Of a DNA stretch of 64,000 nt, positions 45,943 to 55,100 are shown one piece after another (positions within the stretch are counted from its first letter, which is position 1; the number at the start of each line of letters is the position of its first letter). The position numbers were made by a program, and so were the translations under genes. This DNA is from an uncultured Gammaproteobacteria bacterium (GTDB lineage: Bacteria > Patescibacteriota > Patescibacteriia > Magasanikbacterales > UBA922), in contig CAZQXB010000001.1 in the NCBI GenBank assembly GCA_964597575.1, positions 704,595 to 768,594 on the forward strand, written 5' to 3'. The notes beneath the pieces were generated by a model that worked only from the letters and a program-made list of their open reading frames with translations, made no database searches and had not been told where the DNA came from.

Positions 45943-46251
45943 TTAATTTCTCACTTCGTACTCTTTTATTTTTTTGCGGCACCATTCCCCAATTTCAAGC
46001 GCATGTGAAATTCCCTGCATATACATTCCATCTACCAAAGAAACCTTTTGGCCGTGTTTGTTTATGGCTTCTCCACCTCTTTTTAACCGAAGGTATACAT
46101 TCCCTTTCTTATCATCACCCGTTACTTGTATATCTCCAGAAAAATCACCCCACGGTACGGAAAACGAATGCCAACTCAGTATATCGCATTTTCTTGAAAA
46201 GAACATGGGGCCAGTACTATTCCTTAAGGGAAGGGGTAATTCCCCTTGCAA
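45943..46251 (-). CDS. hypothetical protein
   Basis: 102 aa ORF, first gene of a three-gene minus-strand run. Confidence 0.3.
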   Translation of the reverse strand: MQGELPLPLRNSTGPMFFSRKCDILSWHSFSVPWGDFSGDIQVTGDDKKGNVYLRLKRGGEAINKHGQKVSLVDGMYMQGISHALEIGEWCRKKIKEYEVRN

Positions 46252-46288
46252 ATAGAGGAAAAAAATACTACATTAAGCCCATTCGTTT

Positions 46289-47959
46289 ATGGAAAATACC
46301 TCTCAAATTCTTCTTACCGAACTCCTTCTTACCCTTCCAAACACGAAGGAGGAATTTGACGCACGCCGTACCAAAATTGCCGCGAAGATGAAAATGCGAC
46401 AACCAGGCAACCGGGAACTTCTTTTTACTTATCAAAAACTCCTCAAAGAGAAAAAAATCGCCAAAAGTGAGTTGTTCGAAAAACTCCTCCGAAAGGCAGA
46501 CGTGCGCAATGTTTCAGGAATCGCCGTTATTACTTCCCTCGTTAAACCATACACCTGCCCAGGAAAGTGCGTTTACTGCCCGACGGAAGTCCGCATGCCA
46601 AAAAGCTATATTGCCTCGGAACCCGCTGCTGCTCGGGCTCTCCGTTTAGATTTTTCCCCCTACGAGCAGATGCGTCGTCGCATTGAATCGCTTGAAATGA
46701 ATGGGCATCACGTGGATAAAATTGAATATATTATTAAGGGTGGTACATGGAACGCCTACCCGATTAAATACCAATACTGGTTCATGCTCGAATCATTTCG
46801 AGCAGCTAATGAAACCGGGGGGCGGGCACGCAAAAATACCGTTCTTCTCAAAGAAACCTCTCCCCTTTCCGACCTAGAAAAGGCTCTCGCAAAAGAACAG
46901 AAGAAAAATGAGACGGCAAAACACCGATTGATCGGGGTCACTTTGGAAACTCGACCCGACGCTATCTCTCCGAAATCAATTCTCCATATGCGCCGGCAAG
47001 GGTGCACCAGGGTCGAACTTGGGCTTCAAGCCCCAGATGACAAAATTTTAGAACTCATTCGTCGCGGGCATACCGTTGACGAATTTCGCAGTGCCCTCAA
47101 ACTTCTTCGTGATGCTGGGTTTAAGGTCGACCTTCACTTCATGCCGGATTTACCTGGTACCACTCCTGAACATGATGTGGAAATGTATAAGCTACTTTTT
47201 TCTGACGAAGGGCTGAAGCCTGACATGGTCAAAATATATCCGAACACTGTGATTCCTTCGGCAGAACTGTACCAATGGTTTCTCGATGGCCGCTTTACGC
47301 CCTACGGAGATAAAGCGTTGTTTGAAGCGCTCATTCAGATGAAAGAAGCAACACCACGTTACTGCCGTATTTCACGACTTATTCGCGATATTCCGGCCAC
47401 CGAAATCAAAGGCGGAAATTCCATTACCAACTTACGTGAAATGCTTGAGACAGAAATGAAAAAAAGAAGCCTTACGTGCCACTGCTTGCGATGCCGTGAA
47501 ATTGGACGTGTTCTCACGAAACACCCTAAAGAAGCTGAACGACTGGTGGCAGAAAAACCACAGTTTTTTGCTGAATCATACGAAACGACAGGTGGCACAG
47601 AATACTTTCTCACTTTTGAAGATAGTGAACGCAAAGCGGTCTACGCGTTTTTACGATTACGAATTCCTGAAAAAGATTTGGATAATAAAAAAATGCTCTA
47701 TACCCTCATTCCAGAAATTAAAGATGTGGCGTTTGTGCGCGAACTCCACACGTATGGCAACTTGGTAAAAATTGGAGCACAGACAGAAGGTGCGAGCCAA
47801 CACAAAGGGTTAGGGAAAGCACTCTTGGTTGAAGCAGAAAAAATCTCAAAAGAACATGGCTTTAAAAAAGTAGCGGTTATTTCTGGCGTAGGCGTCCGCG
47901 GCTACTATCGCAAATGGGGATATAAAAAACAAGGAACGTATATGGTGAAAAAAATATAG
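46289..47959 (+). CDS. elp3: Elp3-like radical-SAM / GNAT acetyltransferase (tRNA wobble-uridine carboxymethylation family)
   Basis: SGIAVITSLVKPYTCPGKCVYCP (radical-SAM Cys triad, as in Elp3 SGIAVVAVM..CPHGKC.YCP), a radical SAM core, and a C-terminal GNAT motif HKGLGKAL. 556 aa. Confidence 0.75.
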   Translation: MENTSQILLTELLLTLPNTKEEFDARRTKIAAKMKMRQPGNRELLFTYQKLLKEKKIAKSELFEKLLRKADVRNVSGIAVITSLVKPYTCPGKCVYCPTEVRMPKSYIASEPAAARALRLDFSPYEQMRRRIESLEMNGHHVDKIEYIIKGGTWNAYPIKYQYWFMLESFRAANETGGRARKNTVLLKETSPLSDLEKALAKEQKKNETAKHRLIGVTLETRPDAISPKSILHMRRQGCTRVELGLQAPDDKILELIRRGHTVDEFRSALKLLRDAGFKVDLHFMPDLPGTTPEHDVEMYKLLFSDEGLKPDMVKIYPNTVIPSAELYQWFLDGRFTPYGDKALFEALIQMKEATPRYCRISRLIRDIPATEIKGGNSITNLREMLETEMKKRSLTCHCLRCREIGRVLTKHPKEAERLVAEKPQFFAESYETTGGTEYFLTFEDSERKAVYAFLRLRIPEKDLDNKKMLYTLIPEIKDVAFVRELHTYGNLVKIGAQTEGASQHKGLGKALLVEAEKISKEHGFKKVAVISGVGVRGYYRKWGYKKQGTYMVKKI

Positions 47960-48059
47960 CCATGCTAGGATACGGACATACTTCATTATCTACAGATATA
48001 TGGTGTAACATGTCTCTTGAGCGCGTACTTTCTAAATTACTCTAGAGATTTTTTTATTT

Positions 48060-49304
48060 ATGATGAACCGTACTCCTCTTTCCTCATTTGATATCGATGT
48101 CGCCAACGCCCTGAAAAAAGAACTGGATCGTGAAGAATCTGGGCTTGAACTTATCCCTTCAGAAAATTTTGTCTCCCCTGCCGTACTTGAGGCACTTGGC
48201 AGTGTGGCCACCAACAAATACGCCGAAGGTTTACCCGGCAAGCGTTACTATGGTGGCTGCGAAAATATCGACGTAATTGAACAGCTCGCCATTGATCGTG
48301 CCAAAGAATTATTCGGAGCAGAACACGTAAACGTGCAACCACTCTCTGGCGCCCCAGCAAATTTGGCTGCCTATTTTGCCTTACTCCAACCAGGAGATAC
48401 CATTCTTGGCATGGACCTCTCTCACGGTGGGCATTTAACGCACGGCCACCCGGTAACCGTCATGGCAAAAATTTTTAATTTCATTCGCTATAAAACAAAC
48501 GCGGAGGGAAAAATTGATCTCGACAATTTGCGCGAAATGGCGAAAACCCACAAACCTAAAATGATCTTAGTGGGATATAGTGCATACTCTCGTGAAATTG
48601 ATTATGCGGCCATAAAAGCGATTGCCGACGAAGTTGGCGCACTCACCATGGCAGACATTGCCCACATTGCTGGCCTCATTGCGGGAAAGCAAATGAATAA
48701 CCCCGTTCCCCTTTTCGACATTGTAACCACAACCACCCATAAGACCCTTCGTGGACCTCGTGGTGGCATGATTATGTGCAAAAAGATCCATGCGGCAGCA
48801 GTCAATAAAACCATCTTCCCAGGGCTCCAGGGTGGCCCACACGAAAATGTGATTGCAGCAAAAGCTGTGGCCTTTAAAGAAGCACTTTTGCCATCGTTTC
48901 AAGAATACGCGAAACAAATTAAATTAAACGCTAAAATACTGGAAGAAGAATTGAGAAACCGCGATTACCGATTAATGTTTGAGGGTACCGACAACCACCT
49001 CCTTCTTGTCGACGTTACACCGAAAGGAATTACCGGTGCCATTGCTCAAGAAACGCTCGATAAAGCAGGTATCACCTTAAATAAAAACATGATTCCGGAT
49101 GACCCTCGCCCACCACTTGATCCTTCAGGGATTCGCTTGGGTACGCCAGCCATTACCACCCGCGGCATGAAAGAGGCTGAGATGCGTCTTGTTGCAGACC
49201 TTATTGACCGCGCGCTCATGAATCACAGCAATGAAACCATGCTTCGAGACATTAAAAATGAAGTGAAGAGCCTTACAAGCAAATTCCCTCTCTATGCAGT
49301 CTAG
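48060..49304 (+). CDS. glyA: serine hydroxymethyltransferase
   Basis: SENF.S, PLP-Lys region TTTTHKTLRGPRGG, and SHGGHLTHG. Confidence 0.9.
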   Translation: MMNRTPLSSFDIDVANALKKELDREESGLELIPSENFVSPAVLEALGSVATNKYAEGLPGKRYYGGCENIDVIEQLAIDRAKELFGAEHVNVQPLSGAPANLAAYFALLQPGDTILGMDLSHGGHLTHGHPVTVMAKIFNFIRYKTNAEGKIDLDNLREMAKTHKPKMILVGYSAYSREIDYAAIKAIADEVGALTMADIAHIAGLIAGKQMNNPVPLFDIVTTTTHKTLRGPRGGMIMCKKIHAAAVNKTIFPGLQGGPHENVIAAKAVAFKEALLPSFQEYAKQIKLNAKILEEELRNRDYRLMFEGTDNHLLLVDVTPKGITGAIAQETLDKAGITLNKNMIPDDPRPPLDPSGIRLGTPAITTRGMKEAEMRLVADLIDRALMNHSNETMLRDIKNEVKSLTSKFPLYAV

Positions 49305-49734
49305 TGGGCAAGAGAAAATTTTTCAGACTGAGGCGCAAATGATGGATTTCGGGCAAGAATTCTCTTCAACTCTTCGGGGGGGAGATATTGTAACTCTTCA
49401 TGGCGAACTTGGGGCAGGAAAAACAACGCTCACAAAAGGTATTCTTCAAGGTATGGGCGTGAAAGAAATTCTTGGAAGCCCTACGTTCACCCTTATGAAC
49501 GTATATGGTGTACCAGCACCGAAAAATGAAATTTCGACTGTTATCCATATCGATGCCTACCGCACAGAAAGTGAAGCGGAATTTCTTGATATCGGTATTG
49601 AAGACTACTTAGGAAAAGAAGATACCGTTTGTATTATTGAGTGGCCGGAAAAAATTTCTGGATTACTTAAGAATAAAAAAATAACACCCCTTTATCTGAC
49701 CCATATTCCCGAGGGGCGTAAAGTATCTTTCTAA
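49294..49734 (+). CDS. tsaE: tRNA threonylcarbamoyladenosine biosynthesis ATPase TsaE
   Basis: Walker A GELGAGKTTL, small YjeE-like size. 11-nt overlap with glyA. Confidence 0.8.
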   Translation: MQSSGQEKIFQTEAQMMDFGQEFSSTLRGGDIVTLHGELGAGKTTLTKGILQGMGVKEILGSPTFTLMNVYGVPAPKNEISTVIHIDAYRTESEAEFLDIGIEDYLGKEDTVCIIEWPEKISGLLKNKKITPLYLTHIPEGRKVSF

Positions 49735-49779
49735 AAAAATTCTCACACAGAACAAAAGAACCCCACAAGCGGGTTCTTT

Positions 49780-50916
49780 TTAGTACTGACGATGCCAGAG
49801 TCGATACAGCCAATACGCAATAAATTCTTGAATACGCATGAGCCATCCCCGTTTCGCCCATTCCTCGGGTAAGAGTTGTCGCGATTCTTCAAGCCACTGA
49901 TCAAGCGTACCTCGGAGTGCCTGAACAGCTTTTTTATCGTGCACCACAGCGTTCGCCTCATAGTTATCATAGAAGCTCGTAGGGTCGATATTACTTGAAC
50001 CGACCATGGCCCACTCATCATCGACTAAGACCCCTTTTCCATGCATCATACGGTTCACCACATGCACGTTCACGCCGAGTTTATGCATAAGTGACATCCA
50101 CCCATATGCTGCGTATGTGGCAATGCGTACATCTGTGCGCCAAGGCATAAGCAAGTCCACCCGTACCCCACGTTTCCGTGCGGCCCAAAGTGCCTGAAGA
50201 AATTTCTTGTCGGGAAAATAATATGGAGTAAACAAGGTTACACTTGTCTTGGCATTCCCCAGTGCTTTCGTATACTGCTCTCGTGCATTTGATTTTTTAT
50301 CATGCGCGTCATCGTACACAAATTCAATATCCTTACCATTTTTTTTCCAAGGTTCTTTTGCCGTGGCAGTGAGTAAATGTTTCACGGCTTTTTTTGGCCC
50401 GCCACAAATATGATACATTTTTGCAAAAGTACGCAGAAGCGACCGCACAGCTTTTCCCTCAATTCGCAGTTGCACATCTAACCAATCTCCCATGTGCTGC
50501 TGGATATTCACGCCGCCAATAAACCCAATTTTTTCATCAACAATAAGCACTTTGCGATGCGTTCGAGAAATCATCATGCGCCAAATACCGCGATAACGCT
50601 TTTTCCGTTCTTGAAAAACGCGCACATCAACCCCAGCGGCTCGAAGTGAATTAATTCGTGTTCGCGACAAGGAAAAACTGCCGAGCCCATCGATAATAAG
50701 CTTAACGTCTACACCTGCTTTTGCTTTCTCGGTAATAAGGTCAAAAAAACGACCACCGGCTTCGTCGTCAACAAAAATATACAGCTCCCAATATACCGAT
50801 TGCTTTGCACCCTGAATTGCCTCGTACATGGCATCCCAAGCAAGCTGTGAAGTAGAATAAATATTAACACGAGACGGAGACATATCGGGGTTACTGATCT
50901 TCAAAGTAGTGTACAC
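49780..50916 (-). CDS. cls: phospholipase D-family cardiolipin synthase
   Basis: Two HKD motifs: HRKVLIVD and HGKGVLVDDEWAMVGSSN. Confidence 0.85.
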   Translation of the reverse strand: MYTTLKISNPDMSPSRVNIYSTSQLAWDAMYEAIQGAKQSVYWELYIFVDDEAGGRFFDLITEKAKAGVDVKLIIDGLGSFSLSRTRINSLRAAGVDVRVFQERKKRYRGIWRMMISRTHRKVLIVDEKIGFIGGVNIQQHMGDWLDVQLRIEGKAVRSLLRTFAKMYHICGGPKKAVKHLLTATAKEPWKKNGKDIEFVYDDAHDKKSNAREQYTKALGNAKTSVTLFTPYYFPDKKFLQALWAARKRGVRVDLLMPWRTDVRIATYAAYGWMSLMHKLGVNVHVVNRMMHGKGVLVDDEWAMVGSSNIDPTSFYDNYEANAVVHDKKAVQALRGTLDQWLEESRQLLPEEWAKRGWLMRIQEFIAYWLYRLWHRQY

Positions 50917-52114
50917 CTAAAAGTTCTTCCGGCATATAGGTTTGATCAACGGGTTCCTTAAAATCTGGATTGTACTTATACTCTTTCCCGTACCCAATTT
51001 CTTTCATAAATTTCGTCGGCGCGTTACGCAAATGAAGAGGCACCCCGACATGGGAAGTTCGTCGTGCATCGTCTGCAGCTTTTTTATAAGCCGTATAGAG
51101 TGCATTTGATTTTTTTGATTTCGCACAGTACACCACAGCTTGCGCTAAATGTACGGCACATTCTGGCATCCCCAACTTGTGACAAGCATCGTATGCCGCA
51201 TTCGCCTGAATGAGCGCCTCACTATTTGCCATACCAATATCTTCACTCGCAAACCGAACCACTCGACGTGCGATATAGAGCGGATCTGCCCCACCCTCAA
51301 GCATGCGTGCCAACCAATACAGCGAAGCGGTCGGGTCAGAACCGCGCATTGATTTATGAAGTGCTGAAATAGCATTGTAAAATTCTTCACCGCGTTTATC
51401 AAAAACCACATGCACGCGTTGCATCGCTTCTTTCGCAAGAGAAACGCTCACTTCTTTTTTGTGCATCTTTTTCGCGAGCGTTACGGCCAGATCAAGAGTA
51501 TTTAGTGCGGCCCGAGCATCACCCCCGGATGCTTCTGAAATAAATGAAAGCGTATCCGGAGGCACCACCACGGATTCATTACCCAAACCATTCTCGGTAT
51601 CTTTCAGTGCCCGCTCAAGCACCGCTTGAATGTGCTCTGGTAATAATGATTCTAAGATAAACACTCTGGTGCGTGATAAAAGCGCTCCAATAATTTCAAA
51701 AGAAGGATTTTCGGTGGTAGCACCAATAAGCGTAACCACTCCTCGTTCCACATGCGGCAAAAGAGCATCTTGCTGCGCTTTATTCCAGCGGTGAATTTCA
51801 TCAACAAACAAAAGGGTTTTTTGCCCCTCAAGCGATCGTTCTTTGGCTTCAAGAATTACTTTATTTAAATCGGCCTTACCACTCGTCACCCCAGAAAGAG
51901 CAACAAAAACAGCATTACTTTGTCGTGCGATAATTTCGGCAAGCGTCGTTTTTCCGACCCCCGGAGGACCCCAAAAAACAAGCGAAGGCACTTCCCCGCC
52001 GAGGATAAGCTCACGAAGCATTTTTCCCTCTCCCACAATAGCAAGCTGACCCACGAATTCATCGAGGGTTTTTGGTCGCATGCGATTGGCTAATGGAGCT
52101 ATTGGGCTTGGCAT
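50891..52114 (-). CDS. rarA: replication-associated recombination protein A (AAA+ ATPase)
   Basis: WGPPGVGKTTLA, LFVDEIHRWNK, and the MgsA C-terminal tetramerisation region. Confidence 0.85.
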   Translation of the reverse strand: MPSPIAPLANRMRPKTLDEFVGQLAIVGEGKMLRELILGGEVPSLVFWGPPGVGKTTLAEIIARQSNAVFVALSGVTSGKADLNKVILEAKERSLEGQKTLLFVDEIHRWNKAQQDALLPHVERGVVTLIGATTENPSFEIIGALLSRTRVFILESLLPEHIQAVLERALKDTENGLGNESVVVPPDTLSFISEASGGDARAALNTLDLAVTLAKKMHKKEVSVSLAKEAMQRVHVVFDKRGEEFYNAISALHKSMRGSDPTASLYWLARMLEGGADPLYIARRVVRFASEDIGMANSEALIQANAAYDACHKLGMPECAVHLAQAVVYCAKSKKSNALYTAYKKAADDARRTSHVGVPLHLRNAPTKFMKEIGYGKEYKYNPDFKEPVDQTYMPEELLGVHYFEDQ

Positions 52115-52169
52115 AAAACAGAGGTACTCTCTATCTTAGACAAGCCGCTCCGAGAAGTAAAGACTCGGC

Positions 52170-52868
52170 TTACGGATGAATGACCGTCCCTTTAAACCGC
52201 TCTCCCAGAAGTGCTTTTTCCACCTCTACAATATTTGTTCCCCGAAGAATTCCGACGGTTAGTTTCAACTTTGTGGCGTGCTTTGTGGCGATTGGATCAA
52301 ACGGGGCACTATACCCCGCTACCCACGCCCCCTCTGGGCTCATCGCCTGATACTCTTTCCACGTCATCTGGTCGAGCGCTTGAGCGTCGGTAGCATGCTG
52401 CGGATCTTTATCAAACACATAATCAATGTTTGAAAGATTATACAGATGCGATACGCCATATGTTTTAGCGAAAAGAACTGCCCCGGTATCTGTAGAAAAC
52501 CCTGGCTTCCAGCCGCCTGCCACAATAATTGGGGCTTTAGTTCGCACTTTCTTTCGAGGATCACGCAATACTTCTTTGTGAGCAGCCTCACCAAATAAAA
52601 CTCGAATAAATTCTGCGTTAAGGAGAGTGGCGTGAATACCGACCAAATCAAGATCATTATTATCATTTTCACCGAGTGAACGAAGCGCACCTTGATACGC
52701 CCGAGCTGTCCCTCCGCCACCAACAACCAAAATAAACCGACCACCCTCTTTTACTCGTCGTAAAATGAGATCACGAAATGCTTGCAAAAACGGAACATCA
52801 AACCCATCTTTCGGAATAACGATTGATCCCCCAAGAGAGAGTACGGTATACATCGGGTGTGGCGACAT
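52170..52868 (-). CDS. pyrH: amino-acid-kinase family protein, probable (archaeal-type) UMP kinase
   Basis: LSLGGSIV N-terminal motif, VVGGGGTAR, and AGGWKPGFSTD. Confidence 0.55.
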   Translation of the reverse strand: MSPHPMYTVLSLGGSIVIPKDGFDVPFLQAFRDLILRRVKEGGRFILVVGGGGTARAYQGALRSLGENDNNDLDLVGIHATLLNAEFIRVLFGEAAHKEVLRDPRKKVRTKAPIIVAGGWKPGFSTDTGAVLFAKTYGVSHLYNLSNIDYVFDKDPQHATDAQALDQMTWKEYQAMSPEGAWVAGYSAPFDPIATKHATKLKLTVGILRGTNIVEVEKALLGERFKGTVIHP

Positions 52869-53051
52869 AGAAAAATAAAAAGTTAGTCAGACGAAGATTT
52901 TGGCCAAAAATGCTGTCCTCGTTTTTTGAGTTTACTAAACGCTTCTTTTTTAAATTGTTCCGGCTTATTTGCGAGCCATCGACTTGGTGTCCGATAGGCT
53001 GTCTTTCCCTTTCCTTTCTGCACTCGGCTTGAGGAATAGTTTTTCATACAC

Positions 53052-53393
53052 TTAGTTGTCCCGCTGCCATGAACTGAGAATTCCGTTAACTAACGCCATA
53101 AGAAGCGCTCCGAAAATGGCCGCCCAGAAGCCAACAACTTCGAATCCTTCTAAAATACTGCCGGCAAACCAAAACAAAAATCCGTTTAAGATAAAAGTAA
53201 AAAGGCCCAAAGTTAAAATATTTACCGGCAAGGTAAGCACAAGAAGAATAGGACGAATAACCGCATTAATAACCCCTAAAATAAGTGCAGCGATAAGAGC
53301 TGCCCCAAACCCTGCCACCTCAACATTTGGAAGAATATACGCGATTGCGAGTAAGGCGAATGCGTTTACAACCCAACGAATAATGAGAGCCAT
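53052..53393 (-). CDS. DUF360 / phage-holin-4_2 family small membrane protein
   Basis: Four TM helices; GVINAVIRPILLVLTLPVNILTLGLFTFILNGF matches the YvlD/DUF360 pattern. Confidence 0.55.
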   Translation of the reverse strand: MALIIRWVVNAFALLAIAYILPNVEVAGFGAALIAALILGVINAVIRPILLVLTLPVNILTLGLFTFILNGFLFWFAGSILEGFEVVGFWAAIFGALLMALVNGILSSWQRDN

Positions 53394-53436
53394 ACGATAC
53401 AGTACATTAAGAATGAATAGTTGGTGTGGAGATATA

Positions 53437-54318
53437 TTACCCCCTTTTTAGTACTATAACCCCATTACCCTCTTCTATCAAGCCGTCACGAAGTAACCCT
53501 TCAAGAATACTATTCATCTTCTCTTTTGAACGATCGGGAAAAGCCAAGAGCACATTTTTTCGTGAAACTTTTTTTGACACACGAAGTGTTTCAATAATAC
53601 GCCCGCGCACATACCGATTCGAATCAAGGAACCGAACCGTGGGTTTTTTCAGCACTCTTTTCTTCTTCTGAACTTTGAATGCCGCTTTGCAAAGAGTGTT
53701 CAGCGGACAGGTGCCACACAGGGGCGCCTTTGCGGTACATTGGAGTGATCCAAAATCCATGAGCGCTTGGTTCCAATCGTACGCTCTCTTTTTCGGAAGA
53801 ATTTCTTCGGCCACCGTAAGAAGCACCTCATCAGACACTACTTTATTTGCTCCAAAAAAGACCCGGGAATAAAAACGACGGTGATTCGTATCCATCATGG
53901 GAATAGGTTTTTGAAAGGCGAACGAAAGAATGGCTCGAGCAGTGTAATCGCCCACTCCGGGCAGGGTCTTTAATGTTTCTTTGTCTTCAGGAAATACCCC
54001 CTTAAAATCGTTTAGCACTGTCTCAGCTGTTCGTTTTAAAAAAAGCGCTCTCCTGTTATACCCTAACCCTTGCCAAGCCATAATAACCCTAGCGGGTGTT
54101 GCTTCAGCAAGTTTTTTTACTGTTGGAAATGACGCAAGAAAAGCGAGATACTTTGGAATGACCCGATCAACCTGGGTTTGCTGGAGCATCACCTCGGAAA
54201 CAAGAATATGGTACGCATCGTGCGTGAGGCGCCATGGCAAATGAGTTCGGGCATGTTTTTTATACCAACTCAATATGTTCCTCCGAATAGCGCTCCTCTT
54301 TTTTATTTCCTGAACCAT
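53437..54318 (-). CDS. mutY: A/G-specific adenine glycosylase MutY-family (HhH-GPD + 4Fe-4S), short form
   Basis: SEVMLQQTQV, W.GLGYNRRA, LPGVGDYTARAIL, and cluster CTAKAPLCGTCPLNTLC. At 293 aa it lacks the NUDIX-like C-terminal domain. Confidence 0.7.
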   Translation of the reverse strand: MVQEIKKRSAIRRNILSWYKKHARTHLPWRLTHDAYHILVSEVMLQQTQVDRVIPKYLAFLASFPTVKKLAEATPARVIMAWQGLGYNRRALFLKRTAETVLNDFKGVFPEDKETLKTLPGVGDYTARAILSFAFQKPIPMMDTNHRRFYSRVFFGANKVVSDEVLLTVAEEILPKKRAYDWNQALMDFGSLQCTAKAPLCGTCPLNTLCKAAFKVQKKKRVLKKPTVRFLDSNRYVRGRIIETLRVSKKVSRKNVLLAFPDRSKEKMNSILEGLLRDGLIEEGNGVIVLKRG

Positions 54319-54323
54319 ATATG

Positions 54324-55097
54324 CTAGGTCCCAACCGTTCTTTTTTTCGGCGTAGTGCCTGTAACTCGGACCGGCACACCTTCATCAAGATAAGTAAACA
54401 AAATCTTTGCGTCAGGCTCACGCATATTAATACACCCATGCGAGTGCGTTTTCAAACCAAAATCATTATGCCAATACGCCGCATGAATATAATAGCCGCC
54501 AGTCTTAAACTCCATATTCCATTTTACATTCTTCAAGTCATATCCGACGCCAACATATCGCTTACTTGGTATTTTCTTTCCGATACTGAATACTCCGTCT
54601 GGTGTTGGCGTATTCGGATTTCCAGTGGAAACCGGAAATTCATAGAGGGCTTGGCCGCCGGCTACATACTGCATCATCTGCGTACTTCGATTAACCAAAA
54701 GTTCACGCGAGATGCGTGCTTGAGGTGAACCATCATTTGGACTATACCCCTCCATGAGTTCGACGTAATCCGTATGTCCGTCATTATCGGAATCTTTTCC
54801 ATGCATGTTTGTTCCAAACTGTACTTCTTGTGCATCAAACAGGCCGTCACCATCGGAATCTACGGTCGACAAAAGAACGTTTGCCCCATGATTCGGAGAA
54901 AAACCTTCCCCCACCTCTGTTCCATCAAAAAACCCATCACCGTCGGTGTCGCTATTCAATGCATTGGTCCCATACACCTTCTCCAAAATATCAGAGAGGC
55001 CGTCACCGTCCGTATCAACCTCTTCAGAAAATACCAAAGAAGGGCAGAGAGTAACCGCCACAAGCAAGCCAAGAAAAAAGGTGAGGCGTCTTTTCAT
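54324..55097 (-). CDS. L,D-transpeptidase (YkuD) with N-terminal thrombospondin-type-3 repeats
   Basis: Signal peptide, five DxDxDGxxD repeats (DTDGDGLSD, DTDGDGFFD, DSDGDGLFD, DSDNDGHTD), and catalytic H..SHGCINM. Confidence 0.8.
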   Translation of the reverse strand: MKRRLTFFLGLLVAVTLCPSLVFSEEVDTDGDGLSDILEKVYGTNALNSDTDGDGFFDGTEVGEGFSPNHGANVLLSTVDSDGDGLFDAQEVQFGTNMHGKDSDNDGHTDYVELMEGYSPNDGSPQARISRELLVNRSTQMMQYVAGGQALYEFPVSTGNPNTPTPDGVFSIGKKIPSKRYVGVGYDLKNVKWNMEFKTGGYYIHAAYWHNDFGLKTHSHGCINMREPDAKILFTYLDEGVPVRVTGTTPKKRTVGT

Positions 55098-55100
55098 ATA

